Part shown: piece after piece, positions 45,437 through 55,324 of the stretch
How the letters are laid out: every line of letters starts with the position of its first letter
Numbering within the stretch: the first letter of the stretch is position 1
NCBI GenBank assembly: GCA_030649135.1
Contig: JAUSGI010000008.1
Coordinates: 32,001 to 96,000 of the forward strand
Reading direction: 5' to 3'
DNA length: 64,000 nucleotides
DNA from: a bacterium
GTDB lineage: Bacteria > Patescibacteriota > Minisyncoccia > Phycocordibacterales > Zambryskibacteraceae
The notes under the pieces: model-generated
What the model was told of the DNA's origin: nothing
The model's database searches: none
What the model saw: the letters and a program-made list of their open reading frames with translations, nothing else
Program-made: the position numbers and the translations under genes

Positions 45437-46579
45437 TCAAACCCTGCGAATTTCGGCTTTGAAGTCTGTTTCAGTTTTATTCTCGAGTTCGGCGTGGAGT
45501 TTATTGACCTCCTCGTTAGTTAATGTTCTTTCTAGGCTACGGTAAGTAATGCGGAAAGTGTAACTTAACTTCCCAACGCCAAATTTCTCCGTGTTCTCGT
45601 ATTTGTCCAAAAGTTCTACTTGCTCAATCAAATTTCCTCCTATATCTCGGATGACATCGAAATAATCATTGGGCACGAAGTCCTTGTCTACCACGAAGGA
45701 AATGTCCCGTATCACCGGTGGAAATTTAGAGACTTCTTTAAATTTAGTGCCAAGTGTTAATTGTGATTTCACTCTCTCGTCTGTAGACCAAAGCAGGCGA
45801 ATATCAGGCAAGTCCATGGCCATCATGGCGAGACGTTCAAGGCCGAAACCGAATGCCCAGCCGTGATACTCGGTTAAGCCGAAATTGGAAAGCACACTCT
45901 TTTTAGGCATACCGGAGCCGAGCATCTCAACCCACTTTCCCTTCACTTCCGCTTCCATCTCAAAACTTGGGTCAGTATAAGGAAAGTTATGGTCATAAAA
46001 GCGGAAGTTTGTACCTTTGTCAAAAATGTTTTCAGCAACTTCCGTAAGAACGTTTTTGAGGTCTTCCGGTTTAACGGTCATCTTGGCATCGGGCACGAGA
46101 TATAGTCCGCCTATCTGGTGAAATACATTCATATGAGTACGGTCTATCTCATCCTTGCGGTATACCTTGCCGAAACAAATTACTCTCAAAGTTTCTCCCC
46201 TTTTTATTTTTTCCTTGATAGACGGATGGTTCAAGTAGTAATACCAGAATACCGTGTCGTGAGTACGTAACACATGATTTTCGTCCACATAATATGTGTC
46301 TGATTTACTTCTGGCCGGGTGTCCGGGAGGCATGTTAAACAAGTCAAACAAAATCTCGGTAGAAATAATTTCCGGTATTTGAATTATGTCAAAACCTTCA
46401 AGACTCCGGACTTTGAGAGTTCGGTCCACCACCTCCTTTAATGGGCTGCCGGTAGCGCGAGAAAGGTCCGGTAGGGAAAGAAAGCGTTTCAGGCGCTCCG
46501 ATTCCGGGTCGTTTTTCGTCTCTAGGTCCTTGCGTAATTTCTGCTCTTCCTCTGATTGAATTACTATATTTTCTGCCAT
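45437..46579 (-). CDS. pheS: Phenylalanyl-tRNA synthetase alpha subunit
   Basis: HPARSKSDTYY; GKVYRKDEIDRTHMNVFHQIGG; FGFGLERLAMM. Confidence 0.9.
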   Translation of the reverse strand: MAENIVIQSEEEQKLRKDLETKNDPESERLKRFLSLPDLSRATGSPLKEVVDRTLKVRSLEGFDIIQIPEIISTEILFDLFNMPPGHPARSKSDTYYVDENHVLRTHDTVFWYYYLNHPSIKEKIKRGETLRVICFGKVYRKDEIDRTHMNVFHQIGGLYLVPDAKMTVKPEDLKNVLTEVAENIFDKGTNFRFYDHNFPYTDPSFEMEAEVKGKWVEMLGSGMPKKSVLSNFGLTEYHGWAFGFGLERLAMMAMDLPDIRLLWSTDERVKSQLTLGTKFKEVSKFPPVIRDISFVVDKDFVPNDYFDVIRDIGGNLIEQVELLDKYENTEKFGVGKLSYTFRITYRSLERTLTNEEVNKLHAELENKTETDFKAEIRRV

Positions 46580-46616
46580 TATCTTATATGGTATGGTATA
46601 GTGGTTTTTATCGCAA

Positions 46617-47864
46617 ATGGTTGAGATTCAAACCCTTTTCTTGTATGGTTCCATTTTCGTCTCGCTTTATTTCGAGGTATTTCTGCTTATCACCTATCTG
46701 GAAGTACAAGCAGAATTAATTCTCGAAGGGGAACATCTTGCCAAGCCCATCACCCGGTTTCCAACTGTGACCATCGTCGTCCCCTGTTTTAACGAGGCAT
46801 ATACGGTCAATAAAACCGTCCGCTCACTTTTAAATTTGGATTATCCCAAAGATAAACTTTCTGTCATTCTCGTGAATGACGGCTCGACCGACGGGACAGG
46901 CCGTGAACTTGCCAAGTTTAAGAAGCATCCTCAAATTAGTATTCTCTCCAAGGAGAACGGTGGCAAATATACGGCGCTTAATCTCGCTTTGGCGAAAGTC
47001 CAAAGTGACTTGGTGGGCGGCCTTGATGCCGATTCCTTTGTCGACCCACTTGCTTTGAGGAAAATTGTGCCATTTTTTGACGATGCCAATATTCAAGCGG
47101 TAATCCCTTCGATTAAAGTCTTTGAACCCAAAAGTGTCTTACAGCATGTTCAGAAGATTGAGTACAGCTGGGGTATCTTCCTGCGCCGAATGCTTTCCTC
47201 TATAGGCGCGCTTTACGTCACGCCCGGACCATTTTCCATCTTTCGCACGCGGGTGTTTACGGAACTGGGCGGCTATGTCCGCGGGCACCATACCGAGGAC
47301 TTGGAAATGGCGCTACGCATGCAGAAGCATCATTATAAAATCGTCAATTCCTATGGAGCGCATGTTTATACCGTCACGCCGGCAAATTTACCGGCACTTT
47401 ACAAACAGAGGGTGCGCTGGACTTACGGTTTTCTTAATAATGTTCTGGACTACCGTGGGATGTTCTTCAATAAAAAATACGGTCACATTGGAATGTTTGT
47501 CTTGCCTGTCGCCACTTCCTCAATTTTTTCCACTCTCTTTATTGTCGGTAGCACTCTCTGGAATAATTTATCCGGAGTGCTTGACCTTTTGGCCAGATTC
47601 CGGACGGTAGGTTTCAGCTGGAAGTTGTTGCTTCCCTCTTTCGACTGGTTTTTTATCAGTACTGGTGTGACACCCTTTCTTACCATAGGCGCACTAACTC
47701 TTACCCTCGTTATTCTGTATCTGTCTATTAAAATGGCTGACGGCAAGGTGAATCTTACGAGGGGTATTTTCTACTACCTCGTACTCTACATTTTCATCGT
47801 GCCCTTGTGGTTAACCAAGGCGTTATTCAATACTGTCTTTAGGAGACAAATTAGTTGGAGATGA
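46617..47864 (+). CDS. Processive family-2 glycosyltransferase (PgaC/cellulose-synthase-like) with flanking TM helices
   Basis: VTIVVPCFNEAYTV...VILVNDGSTDGT; DAD motif; QRVRW (QxxRW) motif. N-terminal TM and C-terminal multi-TM. Confidence 0.85.
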   Translation: MVEIQTLFLYGSIFVSLYFEVFLLITYLEVQAELILEGEHLAKPITRFPTVTIVVPCFNEAYTVNKTVRSLLNLDYPKDKLSVILVNDGSTDGTGRELAKFKKHPQISILSKENGGKYTALNLALAKVQSDLVGGLDADSFVDPLALRKIVPFFDDANIQAVIPSIKVFEPKSVLQHVQKIEYSWGIFLRRMLSSIGALYVTPGPFSIFRTRVFTELGGYVRGHHTEDLEMALRMQKHHYKIVNSYGAHVYTVTPANLPALYKQRVRWTYGFLNNVLDYRGMFFNKKYGHIGMFVLPVATSSIFSTLFIVGSTLWNNLSGVLDLLARFRTVGFSWKLLLPSFDWFFISTGVTPFLTIGALTLTLVILYLSIKMADGKVNLTRGIFYYLVLYIFIVPLWLTKALFNTVFRRQISWR

Positions 47865-48556
47865 TAGACTTTAAAAAATATATTGTTGCGTTTATCATTA
47901 CTGCTTTTATCTTTGGCACGGCAATTTTCGTATCCAATCTGATAGGACAAAAGAAGCTCGAGGATGTTCGCGCCATCGAGAATCGGGTGGCGCTCGATAT
48001 TCTCTCATCGGAAACCCAATTTGCCTTACTTGAAGAAACTTCCTGCAAAGACATTGGCCCGGGTTTTCTTTCTAAAGAACTCGGCTCTCTCGGAGAGAAG
48101 CTCGCTTATGCGGAAAACCAGACCGAATTTAACGCCGGTGACCTTGAGTATCTGAAACGTTCGTATTTCTTGCTTGAAATCAAGGACTATCTCTTGATGA
48201 AACGGCTGACGGAGAAATGTGGTATCCGGCCAACCTTCATTCTATATTTCTACTCTACCCAGGAGAAGTGTGAAGACTGCGAAAGGATGGGCTATGTTCT
48301 GACAGCGTTACGGGATAAGTATCAAGACTTGCGAGTATACTCATTTGATTATCACTTCGATGTCGGGGCAGTTGGCACCCTCATTTCTATTTATAAAGTT
48401 AAATCGGACCTACCGGCTATGATTATCAACGGTCTTACCTATTACGGCTTTCGCTCCGTCGAAGACTTGGAGAAGACCGTGCCCGCTCTCAAAGAGCTTG
48501 CGGCCAAGGTCAAAGCCGCCGAAAAAGCCACCACTTCAACTCCGAAAATCAATTAG
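47855..48556 (+). CDS. Membrane-anchored thioredoxin-like (CxxC) protein, overlapping GT2 stop
   Basis: N-terminal TM IVAFIITAFIFGTAIFV. ILYFYSTQEKCEDCERMGYVL resembles a thioredoxin-fold CxxC. Confidence 0.45.
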   Translation: MEMIDFKKYIVAFIITAFIFGTAIFVSNLIGQKKLEDVRAIENRVALDILSSETQFALLEETSCKDIGPGFLSKELGSLGEKLAYAENQTEFNAGDLEYLKRSYFLLEIKDYLLMKRLTEKCGIRPTFILYFYSTQEKCEDCERMGYVLTALRDKYQDLRVYSFDYHFDVGAVGTLISIYKVKSDLPAMIINGLTYYGFRSVEDLEKTVPALKELAAKVKAAEKATTSTPKIN

Positions 48557-48589
48557 GTATCTGTATCGAGACGGGAAGAGAATTTAGAG

Positions 48590-48946
48590 TTAGGTCTTGA
48601 GTGACCACGGCGGCTGGAGTTTCCCGATGTAGGTCTTTGGCCCGCCGTACTGATCTGCTGTGATGTCGACGATCGTCCCGTCGTCCATCTGAAAGAACGT
48701 GTGGTTTTCCTCGCCGTACCTCCCTTGGATGATTGCGCCTAAACCGAGTCGGTGGCGCAGGTAGATAGTTGCCGCACCACAGGCAAGGTGCGGGAACGAG
48801 CCGAGTATTTGCTTCACGAAGAGTGCGGTATCACCGACATCGGCATACGCGCCATAGAGTTCGGCAAGTAACGCCTCGTCGACACTCTTCGTCTCGAACG
48901 CTCTCCGGACATCTCCCACGATGCTTTGTAGTTCGGCTTCGTACAT
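48590..48946 (-). CDS. Hypothetical protein (118 aa), GC-rich islet
   Basis: SD AGGGGG before the ATG. No recognised domain. Confidence 0.45.
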   Translation of the reverse strand: MYEAELQSIVGDVRRAFETKSVDEALLAELYGAYADVGDTALFVKQILGSFPHLACGAATIYLRHRLGLGAIIQGRYGEENHTFFQMDDGTIVDITADQYGGPKTYIGKLQPPWSLKT

Positions 48947-48989
48947 ACTGCACCACCCCCTTACACTTCTAGTATACCACTTCGGCGCG

Positions 48990-49181
48990 TTAGGTACGTT
49001 TTACAAGTAGAAACCGATCAAGCACGAGCGCATCGAGGTTCATCCGCAGGAACGTTCGCACTGCATCCTGTGGCGTCTCGACGATCGGCTCATCCTTGGA
49101 GTTGAAGGAAGTATTCACCACGACTGGGATACTGGTGATCGAGGCAAACTCGCTGATAGCTACCTCAACTCCGAAAACCAA
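48990..49181 (-). pseudogene. Remnant of NodU/CmcH-family carbamoyltransferase (C-terminal ~60 aa only)
   Basis: PVVVNTSFNSKDEPIVETPQDAVRTFLRMNLDALVLDRFLL matches the conserved carbamoyltransferase C-terminal block. Nothing upstream encodes the remaining ~500 aa. Confidence 0.55.
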
Positions 49182-49505
49182 ATGAATGTGTTATAGAGGC
49201 GGTCACTTATTAGAAGAGACATTGGTTGATTAAGGGATAAAAATTGGTTAGACTAACGTTAGACTAATAATCGTCAGTAGACGAGGAGAGAGAGGGCATA
49301 CCATGAGCTGGGAAGATGTTCCAGTAAGAATTATTATTTCACCAATGCGGGAGGTGCCAGCCAAGGAAGCAACGTCTCTGTTCAAGATCATCATGCGGAC
49401 CCAACAGACTAAGCCTATTCCTCTAGTGGATAAGGCCCCAGGTCACGCGAGCACCGACTAAAGAAAATAGTCGTGTGTCTTCGCTGGCCTTTTTAATTTT
49501 CAAAC

Positions 49506-49581
49506 TGGAGCCGGGAAGAGGACTCGAACCTCCGACCTGAGCTTTACAAAAGCCCTGCTCTACCAACTGAGCTATCCCGGC
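49506..49581 (-). tRNA. tRNA-Thr (anticodon TGT), CCA encoded
   Basis: The reverse complement is GCCGGGATAGCTCAGTTGGTAGAGCAGGGCTTTTGTAAAGCTCAGGTCGGAGGTTCGAGTCCTCTTCCCGGCTCCA. Anticodon loop TTTGTAA. Confidence 0.85.
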
Positions 49582-49588
49582 ATTTACA

Positions 49589-50029
49589 CTACCTTACCTC
49601 TTTTTTGTCGTCTTGAGAACCGTCTTCGCAGACATCATGTATTTCCCCGTTTCCTTTCTCAATGTCGGATATGTTTTTAAAGAATTCCGAGATGCCGTCT
49701 GATTTTTTTAATAACCTTGAGTCGCGCATATTGTTGGCGTACTGTTCCCTTTTTTCTCCAAGGTAAACAAGTAATTTGTTGAAAGAATTTCTGGAATGAA
49801 TGGGGATTTGTTTGTGGAAAAGAAAAGAAGTTTTCTCCTTACCTTCTGAATACAAGTGAACTACCTTGTGATAAATAGCGCGTACGCGAATATCACCCCT
49901 CGAGATGATGCTTAATAAGAAGAACGGTTTTTTTTGTTTTTCCCCAAACTTTTTGGCCGCTATAAGCAGCACAACCGCCAGACCGGAGACGGCAAAAGAG
50001 ATTATAAATATCAAATCTAGAGCTGGCAT
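49589..50029 (-). CDS. Hypothetical membrane protein (N-terminal TM)
   Basis: ALDLIFIISFAVSGLAVVLLIAA, then a charged soluble region. Confidence 0.45.
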   Translation of the reverse strand: MPALDLIFIISFAVSGLAVVLLIAAKKFGEKQKKPFFLLSIISRGDIRVRAIYHKVVHLYSEGKEKTSFLFHKQIPIHSRNSFNKLLVYLGEKREQYANNMRDSRLLKKSDGISEFFKNISDIEKGNGEIHDVCEDGSQDDKKEVR

Positions 50030-50032
50030 GCG

Positions 50033-50485
50033 CTAATTAACGGAAAACCGCACAAAATGTCCTATTTCAGCACGCTCGCCGAATTTCTGTACGGTATTGT
50101 TTATAAGGTCGCTGATTTTTTGTCCGGGGTCTTTGATAAATGGTTGCTCGAGCAGTTCGGCAGTATCGGTTGGATTCATGGCAGCTATGTGCATGCAAAT
50201 ATCGCGGGCGATAGATTTGAATTCGGGATTTTTGGCGACAAAGTCCGTCTCGCAAAGGAACTCAATCATCACCCCGACCGTCTCACCGGTATGAATGTAA
50301 GAGACTACTGTGCCGGCTCCGAGAGTGCGGCCGCCTTTCTTAGCGGCGATTTCGGCCCCTTTTTCCTTGAGAAGGATTATGGCCTTGTCTTTATCCCCCT
50401 CCGCCGCTTCCAAAGCCTTCTGACATTCCATGATGGAGAGGCCGGTTTCTTCGCGCAGAGCTTTGATTTCAGCTGTGGTAATCAT
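50033..50485 (-). CDS. tsf: Elongation factor Ts (short form)
   Basis: MITTAEIKALREETGLSIMECQKALEAAEGDKDKAI is the UBA-like N-terminus. IAAKKGGRTLGAGTV. Confidence 0.85.
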   Translation of the reverse strand: MITTAEIKALREETGLSIMECQKALEAAEGDKDKAIILLKEKGAEIAAKKGGRTLGAGTVVSYIHTGETVGVMIEFLCETDFVAKNPEFKSIARDICMHIAAMNPTDTAELLEQPFIKDPGQKISDLINNTVQKFGERAEIGHFVRFSVN

Positions 50486-50487
50486 CT

Positions 50488-51216
50488 TTAAACCTTTGGT
50501 TCTGCTGGTTCCGCTGGTACTGTTTCCCTGCCTTTCTTATATGCAGTCACCAACGTTTCTAGGATAAAGGCAATGCTTTGTCTCGAGGAGTCGTTACCGG
50601 GGACGGCATAGTCAATTTCGTAGAGGTTAGAATCAGAGCCAGCCAGGGCTACCACCGGAATGTGCATTTTGCGTGCCTCAGCGACGGCTATGGATTCTTT
50701 TTTAGGGTCAATGACTACCAAAAACTTCGGTAAAGATTTAAGTTGAGCCAGTCCTCCGAAATAAATAGTAAGTCTCTCAATCTCACGGTCGAAAAGCAGG
50801 CGTTCTTTTTTGGTGTATTTGCCTAGCTCACCTTTTTCTCTTTGTTCGACAAGCTCTGCCAGCCTGGCAATACGTTTCTTGATTTCAGAAAAATTGGAGA
50901 GAGTGCCCCCAATCCACCGACCGGCGACATAAGGCATATCAAGTTCCCTACCGGCTTTCTTGATAGCTTCTCTTGCTTCACTTTTGCCTCCGACCCAAAG
51001 GGCCACGGCCTTTTCCTTGCCTTTCTCTTCCACAAAAGCTTGTGCCTTCTCCAGTTCCTTACTGGTTTTCTCCAGGTTGAATATTTCGAGATTATTTTTG
51101 GAGCCGAAAATAAAGGGTTTGGCAGACGGGTGTCTGCGAGATTTTACGAAACCGAAGTGAGCTCCAACAGCAAAAAGAGCATTCACCGCCGAAGCTTTGT
51201 TGATTTTCTCCATGGT
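50488..51216 (-). CDS. rpsB: 30S ribosomal protein S2
   Basis: FAVGAHFG...; VVIDPKKESIAVAEARKMHIPVVAL. The start is probably MEKINK. Confidence 0.9.
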   Translation of the reverse strand, partial: TMEKINKASAVNALFAVGAHFGFVKSRRHPSAKPFIFGSKNNLEIFNLEKTSKELEKAQAFVEEKGKEKAVALWVGGKSEAREAIKKAGRELDMPYVAGRWIGGTLSNFSEIKKRIARLAELVEQREKGELGKYTKKERLLFDREIERLTIYFGGLAQLKSLPKFLVVIDPKKESIAVAEARKMHIPVVALAGSDSNLYEIDYAVPGNDSSRQSIAFILETLVTAYKKGRETVPAEPAEPKV

Positions 51217-51322
51217 CGATAAGTTTAGCAGAAAAGCCCGTCTCTTACAAGGATAGAAAAACACCCTCGACTGTTGCCAGCCGAGGGTGTGGTGACTGTT
51301 GGGTCTGCGGGAGCGCGGACGC

Positions 51323-51580
51323 TTAGCTGGGCGTTTCCTGTTTTCTTACCTTCCTTTTCTTGCGAAAAGGAGAGTCACGGTGTAAGACGGTACACCACGC
51401 CTTACCGTCGCTTCCAGCCTCGGCGCTACCAGATATATAGCCCCGGTAGTCTACGAGGATGTCCTCAGAGCCGGACATGCCAGGCGTGTGGTTTTCGCAC
51501 CACTTGATCTCCAGCATTTCCTTCGTGGAGTCGGCATCTCCTTCACACCCTGGGCAGTAGGGGCGCGCCGTCTCGCTCAT
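51323..51580 (-). CDS. Small Cys-containing hypothetical protein, GC-rich
   Basis: MSETARPYCPGCEGDADSTKEMLEIKWCENH... The ATG overlaps the upstream stop (ATGA). Confidence 0.35.
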   Translation of the reverse strand: MSETARPYCPGCEGDADSTKEMLEIKWCENHTPGMSGSEDILVDYRGYISGSAEAGSDGKAWCTVLHRDSPFRKKRKVRKQETPS

Positions 51581-51834
51581 AGCGCCCTCCCTGCAGTCCA
51601 CAGACCAAGGTCGTAGAGACGGCGTTTGTCGAGGTTCGCGTCGTACCTACAACGACTGCACTGTACCCTGATAGACTCGCCTTTCACGAGCCCCATGATG
51701 ACCATCTCGGCCTTGCAGACGAAGTGTATGGCCTGGTTGTTCTCGATGGTGATGGTTCTCGGGTTCTTCGTCTGGTCAATCCGTAGGATAGGGGGTAGGT
51801 CATCCTTATCACTCAAAAATGCTAGGAGATTCAA
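51577..51834 (-). CDS. Small hypothetical protein with CSRC motif, GC-rich, TTG or internal start
   Basis: ...VQCSRCRYDANLDKRRLYDLGLW. No ATG at the ORF start (TTG); the start is uncertain. Confidence 0.3.
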   Translation of the reverse strand: MNLLAFLSDKDDLPPILRIDQTKNPRTITIENNQAIHFVCKAEMVIMGLVKGESIRVQCSRCRYDANLDKRRLYDLGLWTAGRAL

Positions 51835-51894
51835 ATAGTTCGGAGCGGCCTAACCCCACCTTACCTAGAAATATAGAAAAATCAACCGGGGTGT

Positions 51895-52680
51895 ATGATT
51901 AGTTTTATGTTGAATAAAGAGACCCCAAAAGGCAGGGATTATAGCCAAGATATCCGTTGGCTACTCGAAGAAAAGTATCATGGTCAAATGAGTGAGGCGG
52001 CCCAGACGGACATAGAAAGAATTAAACAGGGTGAGCCCGTAGCCTATGTTATTGGCTTTGTGGATTTTCTGGGGTGTAAAATTGACCTCTCGCAAAAGAC
52101 TTTGATTCCTCGAGCAGAGACGGAATTTTGGGTGGAACAAGCAATCAGAAGCATCAAGAAGGATGTTCCTACAGGGGTAAGGTGTCTTGATATGTTTGCC
52201 GGGTCTGGATGTATTGGGGTTGCCGTGCTTAAGAACATCCCTTTTTCGACAGTAGATTTTGTGGATTGTGACGCTACAGCGATTACACAAATTGCCATCA
52301 ACTGTAAACTAAATGGTATCGAAGCGTCTCGTTGGAAGGTCATAAAATCGGATGGGTTTCAACGTGTAGACGACTCGTATGATTATATTTTTGCCAATCC
52401 GCCATATATTGCCAAAAACAGAAGGAGTGATGTGGCAGAATCTGTCTTAACCCATGAACCGCGCGGAGCACTTTGGGGTGGTACCGACGGCCTCCTCTAC
52501 ATTAAAACTTTTCTCGACCAAGTAAAAGAATATTTGAATGAAGGGGGCACGGTCTATATGGAATTCGATACTCACCAGAAAGACGAGATAGAAAAGATTT
52601 TAATGACTAAAAGTTTTAATAAAATTGATTTTTGCCAAGATCAATTTGGTAAATGGCGATATCTCGTTTTAATTGCCTAA
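51895..52680 (+). CDS. prmC: Release factor glutamine N5-methyltransferase
   Basis: [12 protein letters not shown]; NPPY motif (IFANPPYIA). Confidence 0.85.
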   Translation: MISFMLNKETPKGRDYSQDIRWLLEEKYHGQMSEAAQTDIERIKQGEPVAYVIGFVDFLGCKIDLSQKTLIPRAETEFWVEQAIRSIKKDVPTGVRCLDMFAGSGCIGVAVLKNIPFSTVDFVDCDATAITQIAINCKLNGIEASRWKVIKSDGFQRVDDSYDYIFANPPYIAKNRRSDVAESVLTHEPRGALWGGTDGLLYIKTFLDQVKEYLNEGGTVYMEFDTHQKDEIEKILMTKSFNKIDFCQDQFGKWRYLVLIA

Positions 52681-53562
52681 ATTGGCCGCTGTGGCTTCGA
52701 GAATCGGTCCCATCTCCCCTTTCATGATTCTTTCTATGTTATGCCACGACTCCTTGAGACGGTGGTCGGTAATGCGGTCCTGGAGAATATTATAGGTACG
52801 AATCTTCTCCGAGCGGTCCGCGGTACCAATTTGAGATTTCCTGTCTGCGGAATACTTGGCCTCTTCCTCCTCCTCTTTCTTAGCTTCAAGCTTGGCAATG
52901 AGAATGCTCATAGCTTTCTCACGATTCTTTAATTGGCTTCTCTCGGCAGTAGAGCGCACATCAATGCCGGTTGGTTTATGGATAATCCTGACCGCAGTTT
53001 CGATCTTATTAACATTTTGACCCCCGGCACCTCCCGACCTGGAAGTTTCTATCTCTAAGTCGGAAGGTTTGATTTCAATGGTAGTTTTTTTGCGTAACGG
53101 CAGAATAGCCACAGAAGCAGTCGAGGTGTGGACCCTGCCCATCTTTTCCGTCGCGGGTACTCGTTGGATGCGATGTACCCCAGTCTCGAAGCGTAGTTTC
53201 TTATAAACATCCCGTCCGCGTATTTCAAACGCCGCTTCCTTATAGCCCCCCAGCGATGTATCAGAACTGTAGAGCGGGGAGACCCCCCAGCCTTGGAGAG
53301 CGGCGTAGAGGGTATACATTTCGGAGAGTTCTCTGGCAAAGAGAGCCGCCTCCTCCCCTCCGGCACCGGCACGCACTTCCAGGATAATTTCATTTGGGAA
53401 CTCATCGTCTTCTCCTGTAATTTTTTCTGCCGAAAGAATTCTGTCCATCTCCTCAAGCATCATTTGTTTCGACTCCTCGTCTTCGGGAGGCAGGCGTAAA
53501 AGAGCCTTGGCTAAATAGGCAGTCTTGGGATTATTTTTATATTTTTCTATATCAAAACTCAC
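52669..53562 (-). CDS. prfA: Peptide chain release factor 1 (short)
   Basis: GGQ motif ([18 protein letters not shown]). [14 protein letters not shown] is the RF1-type PxT tripeptide. Confidence 0.8.
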   Translation of the reverse strand: MSFDIEKYKNNPKTAYLAKALLRLPPEDEESKQMMLEEMDRILSAEKITGEDDEFPNEIILEVRAGAGGEEAALFARELSEMYTLYAALQGWGVSPLYSSDTSLGGYKEAAFEIRGRDVYKKLRFETGVHRIQRVPATEKMGRVHTSTASVAILPLRKKTTIEIKPSDLEIETSRSGGAGGQNVNKIETAVRIIHKPTGIDVRSTAERSQLKNREKAMSILIAKLEAKKEEEEEAKYSADRKSQIGTADRSEKIRTYNILQDRITDHRLKESWHNIERIMKGEMGPILEATAANLGN

Positions 53563-53864
53563 TTCTTCTTGCTACGACTTGTCCCGAGCTTCGTCGAGGG
53601 AACCTTTCTAGGAGTAGCTTGCGCCTGTCTTTGTTTGAAGCGTTCGACTCGACCTGCGATATCGAGCGTGCGCACCTCTCCGGTATAGAAAGGGTGGGTA
53701 GCGGAAGATATTTCTACCCGAAAAACAGGATACTCTTTCTTGTCTACTTTGGCTTTGGCGGTTTCCTTGGTCACAACCGTGGAAGGAATGATAAATTCTG
53801 TGCCATCAGAGTTATCGATAAAAAGTACCGGTCGATAATTGGCGGGGTGAATTTCTTTTCTCAT
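53559..53864 (-). CDS. rpmE: 50S ribosomal protein L31 (type B, no Cys)
   Basis: [13 protein letters not shown]...[21 protein letters not shown]. Confidence 0.85.
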   Translation of the reverse strand: MRKEIHPANYRPVLFIDNSDGTEFIIPSTVVTKETAKAKVDKKEYPVFRVEISSATHPFYTGEVRTLDIAGRVERFKQRQAQATPRKVPSTKLGTSRSKKK

Positions 53865-53887
53865 TGGAACTCTATTATATCAGCAAA

Positions 53888-55324
53888 TTAGAGGTTCTGC
53901 AACGGGTTAATCATGGTCAGCTGGATGTTCGAGGCCCTGTTCATCACCTGATTTCCATAGCTTAGACCGACATTTGCTCTACCTCTGGTGTAGCAAGTTT
54001 TACCGGAGTAATATCGACAAGCGGCACTACGCTCATCGGTAAAGTCTTGGGAGCCGGCACCAAGATTTCCAAGTAGAATAGCCGAAGCCATAATGGCATC
54101 GGCCGGGTTCCAGGGGTCAGGATTCGTCTTGCCAACCGCCGAGGCAATCTGACTTTCGATAAGGTTCCAGGTCGAAGGAATAAACTGGGCCGGCCCCATA
54201 GCGCCACCGTATCCCGGGACACCCGCAATAGGACACGAAACTCTAGTCCCCAAAGCGTCTCGTCCCAGATTTTTTAAAATAGTTTGCAAGAGCGGCAGGT
54301 CACGTGTCGGGTGAATACCGTTTAAAAACATTCTGCCTGTGTTGACCCCCTTGGTCTCACCGGTGGCAAGGTTCGTGATTACACAAGAACCGACATTTGC
54401 CCCGAGGTTTGACTCTTGTTGGAGGATTGCCAAAATAAATGCCGGTCGCACTCCCGTTTTGACGCTTGCCGTTTCGGCATATTGGAGGGCCGTACCGAAG
54501 GGAATCGCTCCGGCATCTCTTAGTGGAAAGAGTACGGCTTTAATCTGTGCTGCCTTAGCTTGTCTGTCTGCCAAGACTTGTTCGTAAGTTTTTTCTTTGG
54601 TCTGGTTAATAGCCAGGAGGGTCTTTTTCTCGGTCTGGTCTATTTCCACTTCTTTCTTGGATGCTTCCATGGCGGCGCGGGCAGCCGCCTCGGCTTCCCT
54701 TTTTTTATTCAGAATTGCTTTCTCCGTTTCGGTCAGGGTTCTGGTGGTTCTTAATTCGGTAAATAGGTCAGCCAGCGCCTGCTCGGTGGAAGCATAGGTA
54801 TCTATGTCTATAAAAAATTCAGAAAGATTCTTGTCGCTTAACATGGCCTCGACTAATGAATAAGAATTGATATCGTTTGTCTTACGCAAAATATCAGCAA
54901 TGGCGTTTTTACCCTTCGTGATGCGGGTATCAAGTACTACAATTTCTTTTTGCTTGACCGCGATATCTTTTGTCAGGTTAGCTATAGCAATATTTTTCCC
55001 CTTGATATTAGCTTGGGCGGCCTTTATTTTGGCAGTAAGAGCTGCAATGTCTCTAGTAAATGAGGCGCTGTCCTGTTTAGTTTTATTGAGCGTTACCGTC
55101 CATTCAGCAATCTCTTTATTACAGGCTTCAAGCTCTTGTTCAAGTTGGGCCCGACTCTTATTGGCGATTTGGTCGGTACAGGCATCTTGAGCGAGAGCGG
55201 AGTGATAATTGGGAACAATCAAAAAGCCGATAACGAGTATCGAGACGGAAATTATTTGGAGTGGATTAAACTGGAGGTGTTTCTTTTTTGACTTCACTTT
55301 CATTGGTTTCAATAGTTTCCTCAC
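53888..55324 (-). CDS. Membrane-anchored coiled-coil protein with C-terminal MltB-like lytic transglycosylase domain
   Basis: TM ISVSILVIGFLIV. Long coiled coil. ILQQESNLGANVGS...GAMGPAQFIPSTW matches the MltB family. Confidence 0.7.
   Translation of the reverse strand: MRKLLKPMKVKSKKKHLQFNPLQIISVSILVIGFLIVPNYHSALAQDACTDQIANKSRAQLEQELEACNKEIAEWTVTLNKTKQDSASFTRDIAALTAKIKAAQANIKGKNIAIANLTKDIAVKQKEIVVLDTRITKGKNAIADILRKTNDINSYSLVEAMLSDKNLSEFFIDIDTYASTEQALADLFTELRTTRTLTETEKAILNKKREAEAAARAAMEASKKEVEIDQTEKKTLLAINQTKEKTYEQVLADRQAKAAQIKAVLFPLRDAGAIPFGTALQYAETASVKTGVRPAFILAILQQESNLGANVGSCVITNLATGETKGVNTGRMFLNGIHPTRDLPLLQTILKNLGRDALGTRVSCPIAGVPGYGGAMGPAQFIPSTWNLIESQIASAVGKTNPDPWNPADAIMASAILLGNLGAGSQDFTDERSAACRYYSGKTCYTRGRANVGLSYGNQVMNRASNIQLTMINPLQNL

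Noticed and set aside
51323-51834. Possibility that the two overlapping GC-rich ORFs are one frameshifted gene
   Set aside because: The junction is a clean ATGA start/stop overlap (ATG 51580-51578, TGA 51579-51577). This is typical translational coupling, so they were treated as two genes.
53293-53499. Small + strand ORFs inside prfA and other internal ORFs of 60-130 aa throughout the track
   Set aside because: They are antisense or out of frame relative to well-supported conserved genes, with no independent signals.
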